From Nitrospirota bacterium (GTDB taxonomy: Bacteria; Nitrospirota; UBA9217): a stretch of DNA of 64,000 nucleotides. A program made the position numbers and the translations under genes. This document shows, in pieces, positions 20,001 to 30,170 of this stretch; position 1 is the first letter of the stretch; every line of letters begins with the position of its first letter. The DNA lies in assembly GCA_963740085.1 (NCBI GenBank), contig CAVUCU010000003.1, positions 180,696 through 244,695 on the forward strand. The letters run 5' to 3'. The notes under the pieces were generated by a model. The model made no database searches. It saw only the letters and a program-made list of their open reading frames with translations, and was not told the DNA's origin.

Positions 20001-20729
20001 TCAGATCATCCAATCTCGCGGATTTAGTTTGGGAGAATCGGCTGTACTCGATGATTTTTTTAATCCGCTCGCCGCAGACGATGGGGTTGACGATGAAACG
20101 ACGGCAGTCGATTCAACTCTTTGAGGCACCAACTCCTTCCCGCAATATTTACAGACCTTCGCCTTTCTCTTGATGACTTCTATGCAGTAAGGACACTCTA
20201 TTTCATCATCGCGAAGATATCGGGACTCATTACCTCGCTCATTCGAGCGATGTTCCGTTTCTTTTAATTCACCTTGAATTCTGACAATAGTGTTATGAAG
20301 TAATTTTGGGTGAGATACGAATTTATTGATGGTTGCACCCTGCTCGGCTGCGGTCTGGATCTCCACATCCCCAAAGTCGAATATGCGACCGACGACAGTC
20401 TGCCTGTATTGAACGTTATTAATCTTGTCGAGGGGTGATTCCTTGGCCCTGTGCGTGATAATACCGGATTCATCGATAATACGGAGATTCGTTACTACCC
20501 AAATGTCCACGCTACGTTCAGCGATCGCATACCACAGATAAAGCCCGGCAAAAACCATCGTCCAAAACACCGAGTCTAAGAATTTTTTTGCAAGCACACT
20601 GTTAGAGAAATAAGTTGTTATAAGAAGGATGGCAGAGCCGATAAATACCAGCCAGGGTTTGATCAGTACAACCCAATGCTTCTCGATCTTCAGGATGACT
20701 TCCTCTCCGTCGCGTAATATTGTTCGCAT
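20001..20729 (-). CDS. Bacterial PH-domain membrane protein with C-terminal zinc ribbon
   Basis: Two TM helices, VVTNLRII...GRIFDFGDVEIQTA, CPYC...CKYC. Confidence 0.8.
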   Translation of the reverse strand: MRTILRDGEEVILKIEKHWVVLIKPWLVFIGSAILLITTYFSNSVLAKKFLDSVFWTMVFAGLYLWYAIAERSVDIWVVTNLRIIDESGIITHRAKESPLDKINNVQYRQTVVGRIFDFGDVEIQTAAEQGATINKFVSHPKLLHNTIVRIQGELKETEHRSNERGNESRYLRDDEIECPYCIEVIKRKAKVCKYCGKELVPQRVESTAVVSSSTPSSAASGLKKSSSTADSPKLNPRDWMI

Positions 20730-20845
20730 GTAGTTATCCTTTCACTGCTGAATATCAGGTGAATTTTCGTTCAGCGCGATCATGGTCAGCTTGCCCATTG
20801 ACTTTATCTAATGAAAATGATATTTTATTTATTGAGGTGATAGCC

Positions 20846-21070
20846 ATGATGTACACTTTGATTACATTCGGTATATTCTTCGCGTTTTACTATTTGGTCA
20901 TTAGACCTATAAGAAAACGTTCAAAACATACTGAGATCACGACAGCCAAAAATAACGAATCCAAAAATTGGGCCAATGACCCTGCTGATCCTCTTTATCA
21001 AGAAACTTATCGGCAATGCATCAAAAGAATGGTAACACTGATAAAGTCGCCACGATATCGGAGCAGATGA
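20846..21070 (+). CDS. Small single-TM protein, candidate entry-exclusion factor
   Basis: SD GAGGTG, N-terminal TM helix, convergent with the end of traG. Confidence 0.5.
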   Translation: MMYTLITFGIFFAFYYLVIRPIRKRSKHTEITTAKNNESKNWANDPADPLYQETYRQCIKRMVTLIKSPRYRSR

Positions 21071-21072
21071 AA

Positions 21073-24058
21073 TTATCGTTCATTCTGCTCTATTTGTTTT
21101 CTCATCAATTTATTAACCATATTTTTCATTGCATCCTTGATTTCCGCCCCTGGCACGCTAGCCCCGAATTTTTCCGGATCATTTATCGCTAATTTATTCG
21201 CCAATTCTCCAACGTGCTCATTGAGTTTGTCCATAATGAACTGACTATGAGCGTCTCCCTTGAGACCTTTAGCATGAGCTTCACGATCAGCCCCTTCAAT
21301 CCTTTTAATGATTTCTCTATTCATAAGATTAGTGTTATATGAATCCGTTCTCATGCCACCAACCGCAGCTGACCCATCTATTGATGCTCCACCGAATCAT
21401 AGTTTTGGCACCAGCATATCCATTGCACACTGCCATCGGCCTTAACATAGTCCTGCGAAATTCCTGTCCTGCTCAAATACTCTTTAATGTCATTTCCGAC
21501 AGACTGAGCCATATGCAGTAATTGCAGCTCGACGTTGATCCTCATTTTTTGCATTCGTCAGACCACGTCGCCATTGCCTTATCCTTATTCATTACCATCT
21601 GAAGACCGTGGCCGATTGTCTGTCCATGATCTACTGTTCTTGTTCTTTCGTCGTGGCTTCTGTCTATTGAACCGCTTTCACCTTTGTGCAGGACGGTTTT
21701 GCCGGACTGATTGACATAATCTGTTTCCATTCCATGTACTGTTGCATGTTCCTTGACCTTATAGGTTCTGTCTTCAATAACATCATTATGCTTCTGCGCA
21801 AATTCTGACCCGCCCGTTCCGCCCACATAGATGGTATTTCCTCGAGAATCCGTAGTAACATGACCCTCGTGGCCGTCACTCCCTTTAGTTCCGTCCAGAT
21901 CGTGGATGTTACCTTTAATCGTTGAACTTCCTCCGGGAGCGCCTGCTACAATAAGATCGGCGCCTGCCCTGACCAAGAAACGCTTCCCGTCTTGAGTGAA
22001 TTCCATGTCATGCTGCAGCTTACCGTGACCGGTTACATTTGAGATAGCGCCATTTTTGTCGTATGCAAATTCAAGCTGCATCCCGGCGCGGAATTGATTC
22101 TTTTTGTCAGTAATATCTAACGCCTTATTCAGTTGATCTGCCTGCCTCTGATCCAGCATCTTGCCGCCTGTCTTGAACTCCTCCCATTCCTGCTGACTTA
22201 AACCGAAAGCTGCCGCCCCTGCCTGAGACATGGTCGTATTGGACGCTCGTTGAGCTGCGTTTGTCGTTGACAATTGATCAGACGCGCTTTTTGGTCCGTG
22301 GAAAGCAGAAACCGACTTTTCTGTTGAGAGCTGTACTTGTTGCACCCTCAAAACCGCTTGCCCTGCCGCCCCTCATCCCTCCGGTAATCGAGTCCCTGCT
22401 CATCATGGAGCTTTCGGTCAATGACGACTGAGTATTCTTGGCAGCCGCGAATTGCTTCGCCATTGTCAGCCGGTCCTGTCCAAATGCAGCTGTCTGGCCC
22501 CAGCTCACCCGAGATCCCTGATAGCCTTCCATGGCCTGCGCGGACCCTGTCGGCGTCATAGCGGCAGTGCCGGCAGCGCTTGCCTGCCCCTGTACCGGAC
22601 TTGCAAAGTGTTCCGCAAAACGTGTCATTGCGTAAGAACCAGCAGGGATTAGAGTAGTGGACACGATGGAAGCCAGAACCATTCCAGCCATTCGCAGCAT
22701 GCCGAAAAGACCGAGCGTTTTTGTCGCGGCCGACGGCATAAGCATGATGGCGGCATATCCGGTCCCGTTTCCCCGAATCTGGTCAAAATAGGTATACGCG
22801 TAATTTGTCGCCAGCGTATGGGTGAGAGCGTCGGCGACGCCCCATGCGGTCAGCCAGACGAAAAAGCCTATCAGTAGAGCAATGGATTTGGCTCCAATCG
22901 GCGTCGTGATAAACAATAAGAGGAACGGCATCAGGCCAACAGCGACGCATGTAACGACAGCCCGGATTATCGGGAGATACTCGTTCGCAATGACTCCCAT
23001 GGCAGATGTAGTCGATATGACCCCAATATTGGACTGAGCCGCGATAGCCTGGTTGCTGTTGCCGTTCTGAATGACGTCATGAAGCTTCTGGGCCAAGGCA
23101 GTTTGCTGAAAATACTTGTCGGCGTTCATAGTCGAACCGGTCGTCCACTGCAATGTTGCCCCGAGGATTTGGCGGCAACGGTTGGACTCGTCGATGTCTG
23201 CCATATTAAAACCTGCGCTTGAACATCGTGCATTGATAAGTTCAGGAAGGGAATTAATGCTATTATCATTCAAGACGGTCGTAATCGTGGCATATGCCGT
23301 ATCACATGCCATCACGGTCCCATTCTGATTCGAAGCGTCATAATATGTGGTGTTGATCGCTGGAGAAGCTGCCAATTGGAACAAGGTCCAGAGGTCTTTT
23401 CCCGAGCTGGCGTTGTTCATGATATCGCTGATAAGCAGCGTTGATCCGGGGCGGTTAATCTCAAACATGACGCAGTCCTCGATATATTTCGTCGTTGATG
23501 CATCCAGATACTTATTCAGCAAATAGACGTTTGTGGATGCTTTATTAACCAGATCGAACCCGATGCCGCCCGCGCCATCTGTGTAGGACAGCGGGCTGCC
23601 GGAAGTATTTATGATATCAACGAGGCCTCGCTCTATCGTGTTGAATAGTTTGACCGAAAGCGTGATGCCGTTCGGAATGCCCGCAACCGGCTGGTATTTG
23701 TTCATGACCGGATCATAAATATGAAGTGTCCCTTTAGGCACGAAGAGCCCCAGATAAACAGTAATGCCGATCACGAGAGGGAGGAGCCAGGAAAGCATGG
23801 CTCCTCCCCCCTTCCCTCCGCTAATGGCTTTAAAATGGTGGGACAAAACGCTGAACATGATCCCCGCTACGGTAATCGGGAAGAATAACAGCGTATAATT
23901 GACATTACCGAATATCGCCGCAGCAAGCTGCCAGGCCGATAAAACAGCGTCAAACCCATTGTAGGTGTAATATTCGGCGTCAAAGGCGAGGACATCTCGT
24001 CGCAAAAAGAACACCGAATAATATTGATACAATCGTTAATAATGTGCGTCGTTTCAAG
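21073..24058 (-). CDS. traG: TraG mating-pair stabilisation protein, split over ORFs 22278..24032, 21542..22351 and 21073..21354; start approximate
   Basis: EYYTYNGFDAV start, multi-TM TraG_N region, position after traH. Confidence 0.85.
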
Positions 24059-24069
24059 CAGGTCCCCCG

Positions 24070-25536
24070 TTATCTAGAAAATGCGCCGGTCACGCCGAAT
24101 CTCTTTGCGATATCAGATTCCAGCTTGCCCTTTTGCTCTTCGAATGCGCGAATGTTCGTGAGCATGGCGGTCATATGGGCGAGCTCGGCGTTATAGCCGT
24201 CGTTCAGTTCCTTACGGAGAACTGCGACTCGCTCCATCAGCTTATCGGCCTGGGACAAGACACCTTCAAACATCTTGGCGCTGCATTCATTGGAATCCCC
24301 TGCTGAAGAATCCGTTGCCTCAACCGTAGGCTTCGACTTTTTCTTTGCAACCTCTTTCGCTTTTGCAAGCATGGCTTCGGACTTGGTATAAAGATCGTTT
24401 AAAATCAATCGCGTCATGTCTTTGGCAAGAAGCGGCGTTATCTGCGCGATGATCATGTCTTTGTTTCCTGACTGTACCCCGAATTTTATATAGCTGTAAG
24501 CATCACCGCTTATGTAATTCAAAAATCCCGATTCTGCGGGAGACAAGGGGGTCTGAGTCTCCATCTTGCTCGCGATGGAAGTAACGATATTGGTAACGTA
24601 GGTCTTGATGTTGGCGTTCGGCCCGCTGTCCTGAGTGCACCTGCTGGTATCATTAAAATCACGCAGATAGACTGCGTTATCGAAGATGCTGGTGACGTTA
24701 TATATCTTGTTCTCTTCGCACGGAGGGATCGCGAATGTCGTATATCCCGAGGTCGGATCCCTGTTGATGCCCACGTCCCCTACTATGCCTGCAATCAGTT
24801 GAGTCGTGGCAGTAGGAAGTCCGATCCGGTCGCCGATATTGGTGAGGAGAGATGTTGCCCCGTATGTATTGGCGCGGGTGGTAAAAATCACGTTAAAATC
24901 GGCATCGCACCCGGACGTGGCGGCGGTTATGGTCGAAGGGCTTGGTTTCCCGTCATTGGCCACTGTTTTGTCGTTCGATTCCGTATAGAAGGCGGATATA
25001 CCCGATGATTGTTCGTAATCAGACACAATGCCGTCAAGTTCGGGTTCTTCATAATCAGATGCCTCAGACATGGTCTTCGCCACGATAGCCTGGGTAGCTT
25101 TACAGCTGTCCAGTTGCAAACTGTTCAGTCTCGACATCATGGATTGAAATTCCTTGATACTCTTGGCGCATTGGGTACAAAGGACGTTCAGGGCCAAGTC
25201 CAGAGCGACGCTCGGGGCGTTTTGGAGTATCGACTGCAGCTGTTTAACGAGATAGTTGGCGTTCAGGAAGCTCATGCCTCCCGCGAAAACGTCTATTCCG
25301 CCGCAGCCTGACTTCAATTTCGGCGGTGTCACGGACACAAGGTAATCGCTGCTGTTTCTCCAGCGGGCGGAATAGCCCCCTGCTGATAGGTATCCTCTCG
25401 ACTGGCCCTTATAGTAGCTCGGTTGATCGACAACGGCATTTGCCGTCCAGTCGTCAACCCATCCGGCGAATACTGCGCTCGGCATTATGAGGATGATGAT
25501 TAATGCGATAGAAAGAATATGTCGAGTCGTCTTCAT
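24070..25536 (-). CDS. traH: Pilus assembly protein TraH
   Basis: GQSRGYLSAGG and PPKLKSGCGGIDVFAGGMSF. Confidence 0.93.
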   Translation of the reverse strand: MKTTRHILSIALIIILIMPSAVFAGWVDDWTANAVVDQPSYYKGQSRGYLSAGGYSARWRNSSDYLVSVTPPKLKSGCGGIDVFAGGMSFLNANYLVKQLQSILQNAPSVALDLALNVLCTQCAKSIKEFQSMMSRLNSLQLDSCKATQAIVAKTMSEASDYEEPELDGIVSDYEQSSGISAFYTESNDKTVANDGKPSPSTITAATSGCDADFNVIFTTRANTYGATSLLTNIGDRIGLPTATTQLIAGIVGDVGINRDPTSGYTTFAIPPCEENKIYNVTSIFDNAVYLRDFNDTSRCTQDSGPNANIKTYVTNIVTSIASKMETQTPLSPAESGFLNYISGDAYSYIKFGVQSGNKDMIIAQITPLLAKDMTRLILNDLYTKSEAMLAKAKEVAKKKSKPTVEATDSSAGDSNECSAKMFEGVLSQADKLMERVAVLRKELNDGYNAELAHMTAMLTNIRAFEEQKGKLESDIAKRFGVTGAFSR

Positions 25537-25556
25537 GACGATAACCTCCCTCGCTG

Positions 25557-26480
25557 TTATTGTTTGCTGTAGACGGACGGATCGAAACCGCCGCCGCGCT
25601 GGTATTCGTACATATTGAATTCTTCCGGGGTAATTTCGCCGCCAAGCAAGCGAATTCCTCGATAAAGCCTCTGCTCAATTTCATCGAGCGTAGTCACGCC
25701 TACCGCAACCGGCAACGATTCGGTGCTGTGTTTGTATATCAAGAGGAGAAAAGGAACTGTGCTTACATTGAACCGGGCGGCAAGCTCGGGGGCGCTCTCA
25801 ATATCGACTTTTTTGATCTGCCAGTGATATTTGTCCACGAAGAATTTGAGAATGCTGCTCTGGGCCTTGCAGAAATCACAATCGGCCTTATAAAAGTAGA
25901 TCATCGCAAAATCGTCCGCCGATGAAGCTATTTTGGATTCAACTTCCCTGTTCTGCATTTTGAGCCTGGCCGTCTTGCCTGGGGTGTTTGACGGATAATC
26001 GAGGGCAAGCGTATTCAATTCCGGGTGTTTCTGCCAGACGAGTGTGGCGACGTTGGCAAAGGCGTTCGCCCGGGAGCGGGCGATATCCTGAATTTTATAG
26101 TAGTCGGCAACGTTCTCTTCCGTTGGATATTGAACGGCTTTATCAAAGAACGCATCGAGGAGCGGCTGAAAATCCTTCGGATGCATGTTCCAAAGCTGCT
26201 CGGTGGCGTAGTCCTTCATGCTCGGCATGAAATACTTAGGCTTTTGTCTTTTCTCCTCTTCATTCTTCTTTTCCGGTTCCTGCTCATACCACCAATAGCC
26301 ATTGTGTTTAACGTCTTTATAGTATGGTATTGCGATCTGCTGATCCTGGGACTGAGTCTGCTGGTTTTTCGGATTCTGGTCTTGCTGCGCAATCTGACTT
26401 AGGGGCAGGGCCTGTTCGTCAGCCTGAACTACAGCCGCAAATAAAGTGACAATACATATGGAGAAGATATTTTTGATCAT
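25557..26480 (-). CDS. traF: TraF thioredoxin-fold pilus assembly protein
   Basis: GYWWYE, AVQYPTEENV, FYKADCDFC. Confidence 0.9.
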   Translation of the reverse strand: MIKNIFSICIVTLFAAVVQADEQALPLSQIAQQDQNPKNQQTQSQDQQIAIPYYKDVKHNGYWWYEQEPEKKNEEEKRQKPKYFMPSMKDYATEQLWNMHPKDFQPLLDAFFDKAVQYPTEENVADYYKIQDIARSRANAFANVATLVWQKHPELNTLALDYPSNTPGKTARLKMQNREVESKIASSADDFAMIYFYKADCDFCKAQSSILKFFVDKYHWQIKKVDIESAPELAARFNVSTVPFLLLIYKHSTESLPVAVGVTTLDEIEQRLYRGIRLLGGEITPEEFNMYEYQRGGGFDPSVYSKQ

Positions 26481-26488
26481 ACCGATCC

Positions 26489-26989
26489 TCAGAATATTGG
26501 AAATGCCTTTGCAACTACGTTTCTGCTATCAACGAATCCAAAATATCGTGAATCGAAACTGTCTTTATGCTGTCCTATGACGAACAGGCTGTTGCTCGGG
26601 ATCGTTCCGTTGAAGACATAATTATTCACAGGCTTCCCTGCAAGAGAAACGTCTTTCGCCTTCCCGAGATATTCGTTATCGCAGTAATAGTCTTTGTTGA
26701 CGACTGTTAAGAATGATCCACCCATGCATCCGACGATCTTCAACGTCTTGTCCGTGTCCTGTTTATCGGTAAACTGCCTGACAATTTCCTTACTCATGTC
26801 AAACATGATGTAATCCCCTTTTTTAATGCTGTTCCTGTCAGGATTGAAGATTAAAAAGAAAACCCGATGATTAAGGGACGGCGTAAGCGTCACCGAAATA
26901 TGGGCCGGCAGTAGACCCCCGATGCTCAACAGGACGATCAGCGTTATGATCTTAATTGTCGATATTGATTTTTTCCGCGTTTCTGACAA
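26489..26989 (-). CDS. S26 conjugal peptidase (TrhF-like pilin maturation)
   Basis: TPSL, LKIVG, SFDSRYFG. Confidence 0.88.
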   Translation of the reverse strand: MSETRKKSISTIKIITLIVLLSIGGLLPAHISVTLTPSLNHRVFFLIFNPDRNSIKKGDYIMFDMSKEIVRQFTDKQDTDKTLKIVGCMGGSFLTVVNKDYYCDNEYLGKAKDVSLAGKPVNNYVFNGTIPSNSLFVIGQHKDSFDSRYFGFVDSRNVVAKAFPIF

Positions 26990-27320
26990 CGGCGTCTCCT
27001 AACAGTACAACGGTGCGTTTATCGGTTTTCAGCAGGGCCTTTTCAATTTTGTCCACGCTTTCCGTGAATTGCTTCTCGGTTATGCTTCCAGCCAGGAACA
27101 ATTGCTTTCTATCCAGCATGTAGCCTCTAATATCGATGAAAGCGATTCTTCGAGCAAAATACCTGTCGTATAGAGAAACGGTGATTATTGAGACGATAAT
27201 ATTCACGATAAGAAGCAGAATAACCGCCCCGACCGTAAGCTTGTTCTTCTGATGCATCGGTTTTTGACCTTTTTCAATATTCATCTTGGTCACGTCCGGC
27301 TTATTATCTCCGTCATCCAT
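26952..27320 (-). CDS. Hypothetical single-TM conjugation protein (possibly TrbI-like)
   Basis: One TM helix; lies within the tra operon. Confidence 0.5.
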   Translation of the reverse strand: MDDGDNKPDVTKMNIEKGQKPMHQKNKLTVGAVILLLIVNIIVSIITVSLYDRYFARRIAFIDIRGYMLDRKQLFLAGSITEKQFTESVDKIEKALLKTDKRTVVLLGDAVVRNAEKINIDN

Positions 27321-27396
27321 AAATATCCTTTTCACCCAAGGGAGAGGCCCTCCCGGAAAGACTATTTGCTGCAATCCGGGAGGGCCTTGGGGGAAG

Positions 27397-28440
27397 TTAT
27401 TGGTAGAAGCCTTTTCTCATTGCCTCCACCAATCCTTGCAGCGAACTCTTGTGTAATTCCTTGTTGATCGCCTCTAAGTGATAGTCCAGCGCTGCGTCAC
27501 CCTTAATTACGTAAAACTGCTGAACGGATGCGTTTCCCTCGATGCCCTCGCTCCCGCCGACGTTAAGCACCTGGACATTTGAAGCGTACACAACTGCCGG
27601 GACCTCTGTGATCCGGTACCGCCTGAACAGCAGCGGATCGATCTCCAGATTTGCATTGAACATCGGGCAAGGGGACTCTTTATTGCCACATGCCGGGTCT
27701 TTCACAAGTACGCGAGACACAAACATCATCGTAGAACTGATATCGTCCATGCCGTTAAGAAACCCGCGTATCACCATAACGATGTTCGGGTCCTTGACCT
27801 TATCTATCGCTGCGGCATAATTCCTGATTGTTTGAAGCGGCATCGAGGACGACACAAAAACATAAACACGCTCGTTCTTTGACAGACTTGATTTATCTTT
27901 CTTCATGACCGCGTTTTTGTCGTCTTTGTAGTATTCCTCGATAGGCTTTCTGAAGACTTCTTTTTTAAGCCTTTCTGTTTCTACATGGACGCGATTTTGG
28001 AACTCGGGAGAATTGAAGATAGTAGTAAATTCGGCAGCCTTCTCCTCTGCCCATTTCTCATGCCTGTTTTCAGGAGTCACCAGCCGTTCGGCCTGCCGCT
28101 CCGCTCTGATGCTTAGCTCTTTGGTTACGTCAGGAGAGATTCCATCAACCCCGGAAACATCCTGGCTTTTCCACAAGACCCCGTTATGGTAAATATTGAC
28201 GGACTGCACTTCCGCGCCGATCTCTACTGATGCCTTGGCGGTCCCCTTCATGCAGTTATCCTCGGTAGATCTTAAAAAGACGTTGTCCGCATCTACCTTT
28301 TCGATTTTGCAGCAATAATTCGGGGTATCAATGACCACCTTTTTCATGCCGTTCGTTGTTTCAATGGCAAACGTTCTATTGTTGGCAGCAAGGATGAGCA
28401 TCAAGGGCAGAATTATCATCGCAATATGTTTACATGTCAT
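27397..28440 (-). CDS. trbC: Type-F pilin assembly protein TrbC with N-terminal extension
   Basis: VYVFVSSSMP, VIRGF, IDPLLFRRYRITEVPAVV. Confidence 0.88.
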   Translation of the reverse strand: MTCKHIAMIILPLMLILAANNRTFAIETTNGMKKVVIDTPNYCCKIEKVDADNVFLRSTEDNCMKGTAKASVEIGAEVQSVNIYHNGVLWKSQDVSGVDGISPDVTKELSIRAERQAERLVTPENRHEKWAEEKAAEFTTIFNSPEFQNRVHVETERLKKEVFRKPIEEYYKDDKNAVMKKDKSSLSKNERVYVFVSSSMPLQTIRNYAAAIDKVKDPNIVMVIRGFLNGMDDISSTMMFVSRVLVKDPACGNKESPCPMFNANLEIDPLLFRRYRITEVPAVVYASNVQVLNVGGSEGIEGNASVQQFYVIKGDAALDYHLEAINKELHKSSLQGLVEAMRKGFYQ

Positions 28441-28454
28441 GTGCGGTCACCTGT

Positions 28455-29511
28455 CTAGTAGTAAGAAATGCAGCAAGCGTGTTTTCTGAACATGATCCAT
28501 AGAAAATTATCCGTTGAATTCCCGCCCACGGAAAACGGAGGGTTTTTCCCGGCGTCCCACAGCATACCTGTCCTGCCCGATGGGATAAGCGGTCAAGGTG
28601 CTTGCGACGGGCTTTGCAATCTGGATGCGGTAATGGTCTTTTACCCACAGTGGGTAGGTGACGCAATTGCACCAGTCGAGCGCAGGATCGCAGATTGCGT
28701 AATCCCTTGCCTCTTTGTAGATGAACCGCGAGGCAAGGGCAAAATTGGCTTCTGTGAAGTTTTCTCCGTTGTAATGACCGACAATCGGATAGACCGGTCC
28801 CTGCGACCCCATGCACCAGAAGAGCGGGTTGAGCGGAAGCCCGGCTACGTCGACGGCCACGGCGTCGGCCACGCACGAGTATTGAGCATAGGGGTTGGCA
28901 AAAAGCAATTCCTCGGGAAAGGCGAGCACGGTCGTCATCTCATCGTTCCATAAGGCGTCCGGCTCCGTCATGTAGGCAAGATCGAACGAATTGCCTGCGT
29001 TGTTCCCGCTGCCGCATTTGGACGAGATGACACTTGAGACATAAGCCATGATCGCGAAGGCATAGTAATGTACCTGGGCGAACGTCGTGCCGTGGGACGT
29101 GTCGCTGTTTTTTTGCGTGGACCCCTGGTGTGATCCCGGATTCGGGTTGTTCAGCTGATAGCCTATTGCGGGAAAGCAGTACGGAGTTTTGACGGTCTCG
29201 ATCAGCCTGGCGGGTTCCCAGAAAGAAAATGAAAGCCCGATCCTGACCCAGGGATAAGCCGTCGTGGGACACTGACAGATGGCACTCTGCTGCAAGCCTT
29301 CGGGCGTACTGTCAGGCAAACTTCCGTCAAGAATTGTGACTCCGCCGAGCTTCATCGGGTACAGGCAGTCCCAGCAAACCTCATTGACAACATCGATCGG
29401 CAAGTTGCTGCAACCGGACGAAGCTGCCTGTAAATCGGCAACGCATGCAAGAAGAAGCGCCGTTATAGCAATGCTAATTGTTATGACTGATTTTGTCCTG
29501 GTGATCGACAT
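28455..29511 (-). CDS. traU: TraU, with C-terminal frameshift
   Basis: VCWDCLYPM, FWEPARLIE, FDLAYMTEPD; the end NFLWIMFRKHACC is in another frame. Confidence 0.92.
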
Positions 29512-30145
29512 CGATCTCGGAAACCTCCATCATCCTTTTTTTCTGTGTCGCTACTGATGGGACATGATGCAACTGAAGACGTGATACAATTTTCTCATGG
29601 GCAAAGTAGACCGGCTGACCCAATTCTCCTGACAGGTCGTAGTAGTTTCCGTCAGTGATCAGGATCATCACGTTCGATTTCTTGTAATAAGGGGACTTCT
29701 TGAACCATTCAACCTGATCGCGGTCGGCTCCGTTCAGGACCACGATGGTACGGGTATAGGTCATAAAATCGAGCGGGTTGAACGTATAGCCCTTCGGATA
29801 GATGACGTTCCCCTTCCCGTCCGTAATATCGAATTCCAACGTGTAATTCATGCTCACCATGCGGACCCGGTCTTCTGTTGCCCTCGGCAGAGATTTTATG
29901 GTATCAGGCTTGTATTTCTTCATTCTCTCAATGCCGTTCTTTTCAAGCATCTTTTGCCAGTTTACCGACCTTACCCGTTCCTTTAATTCATCGGACGCGT
30001 CTCGCTCTGCAATAGGATAGGTCTTGCCTACCACCCCGAGATCAACAGCTAAGGCCCCGTTGATCGGGAATAAAGTCAATGACCCCATAATCGCAATAGC
30101 GACAGCCGAGAATCTTGCTTTATTAACCATGTTCAGATACCGCAC
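29474..30145 (-). CDS. traW: TraW
   Basis: DLGVVGKTYPIAERD and GYTFNPL. Confidence 0.9.
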   Translation of the reverse strand: MRYLNMVNKARFSAVAIAIMGSLTLFPINGALAVDLGVVGKTYPIAERDASDELKERVRSVNWQKMLEKNGIERMKKYKPDTIKSLPRATEDRVRMVSMNYTLEFDITDGKGNVIYPKGYTFNPLDFMTYTRTIVVLNGADRDQVEWFKKSPYYKKSNVMILITDGNYYDLSGELGQPVYFAHEKIVSRLQLHHVPSVATQKKRMMEVSEIDVDHQDKISHNN

Positions 30146-30170
30146 TTATTCCCCCGGAATCAATATCATA

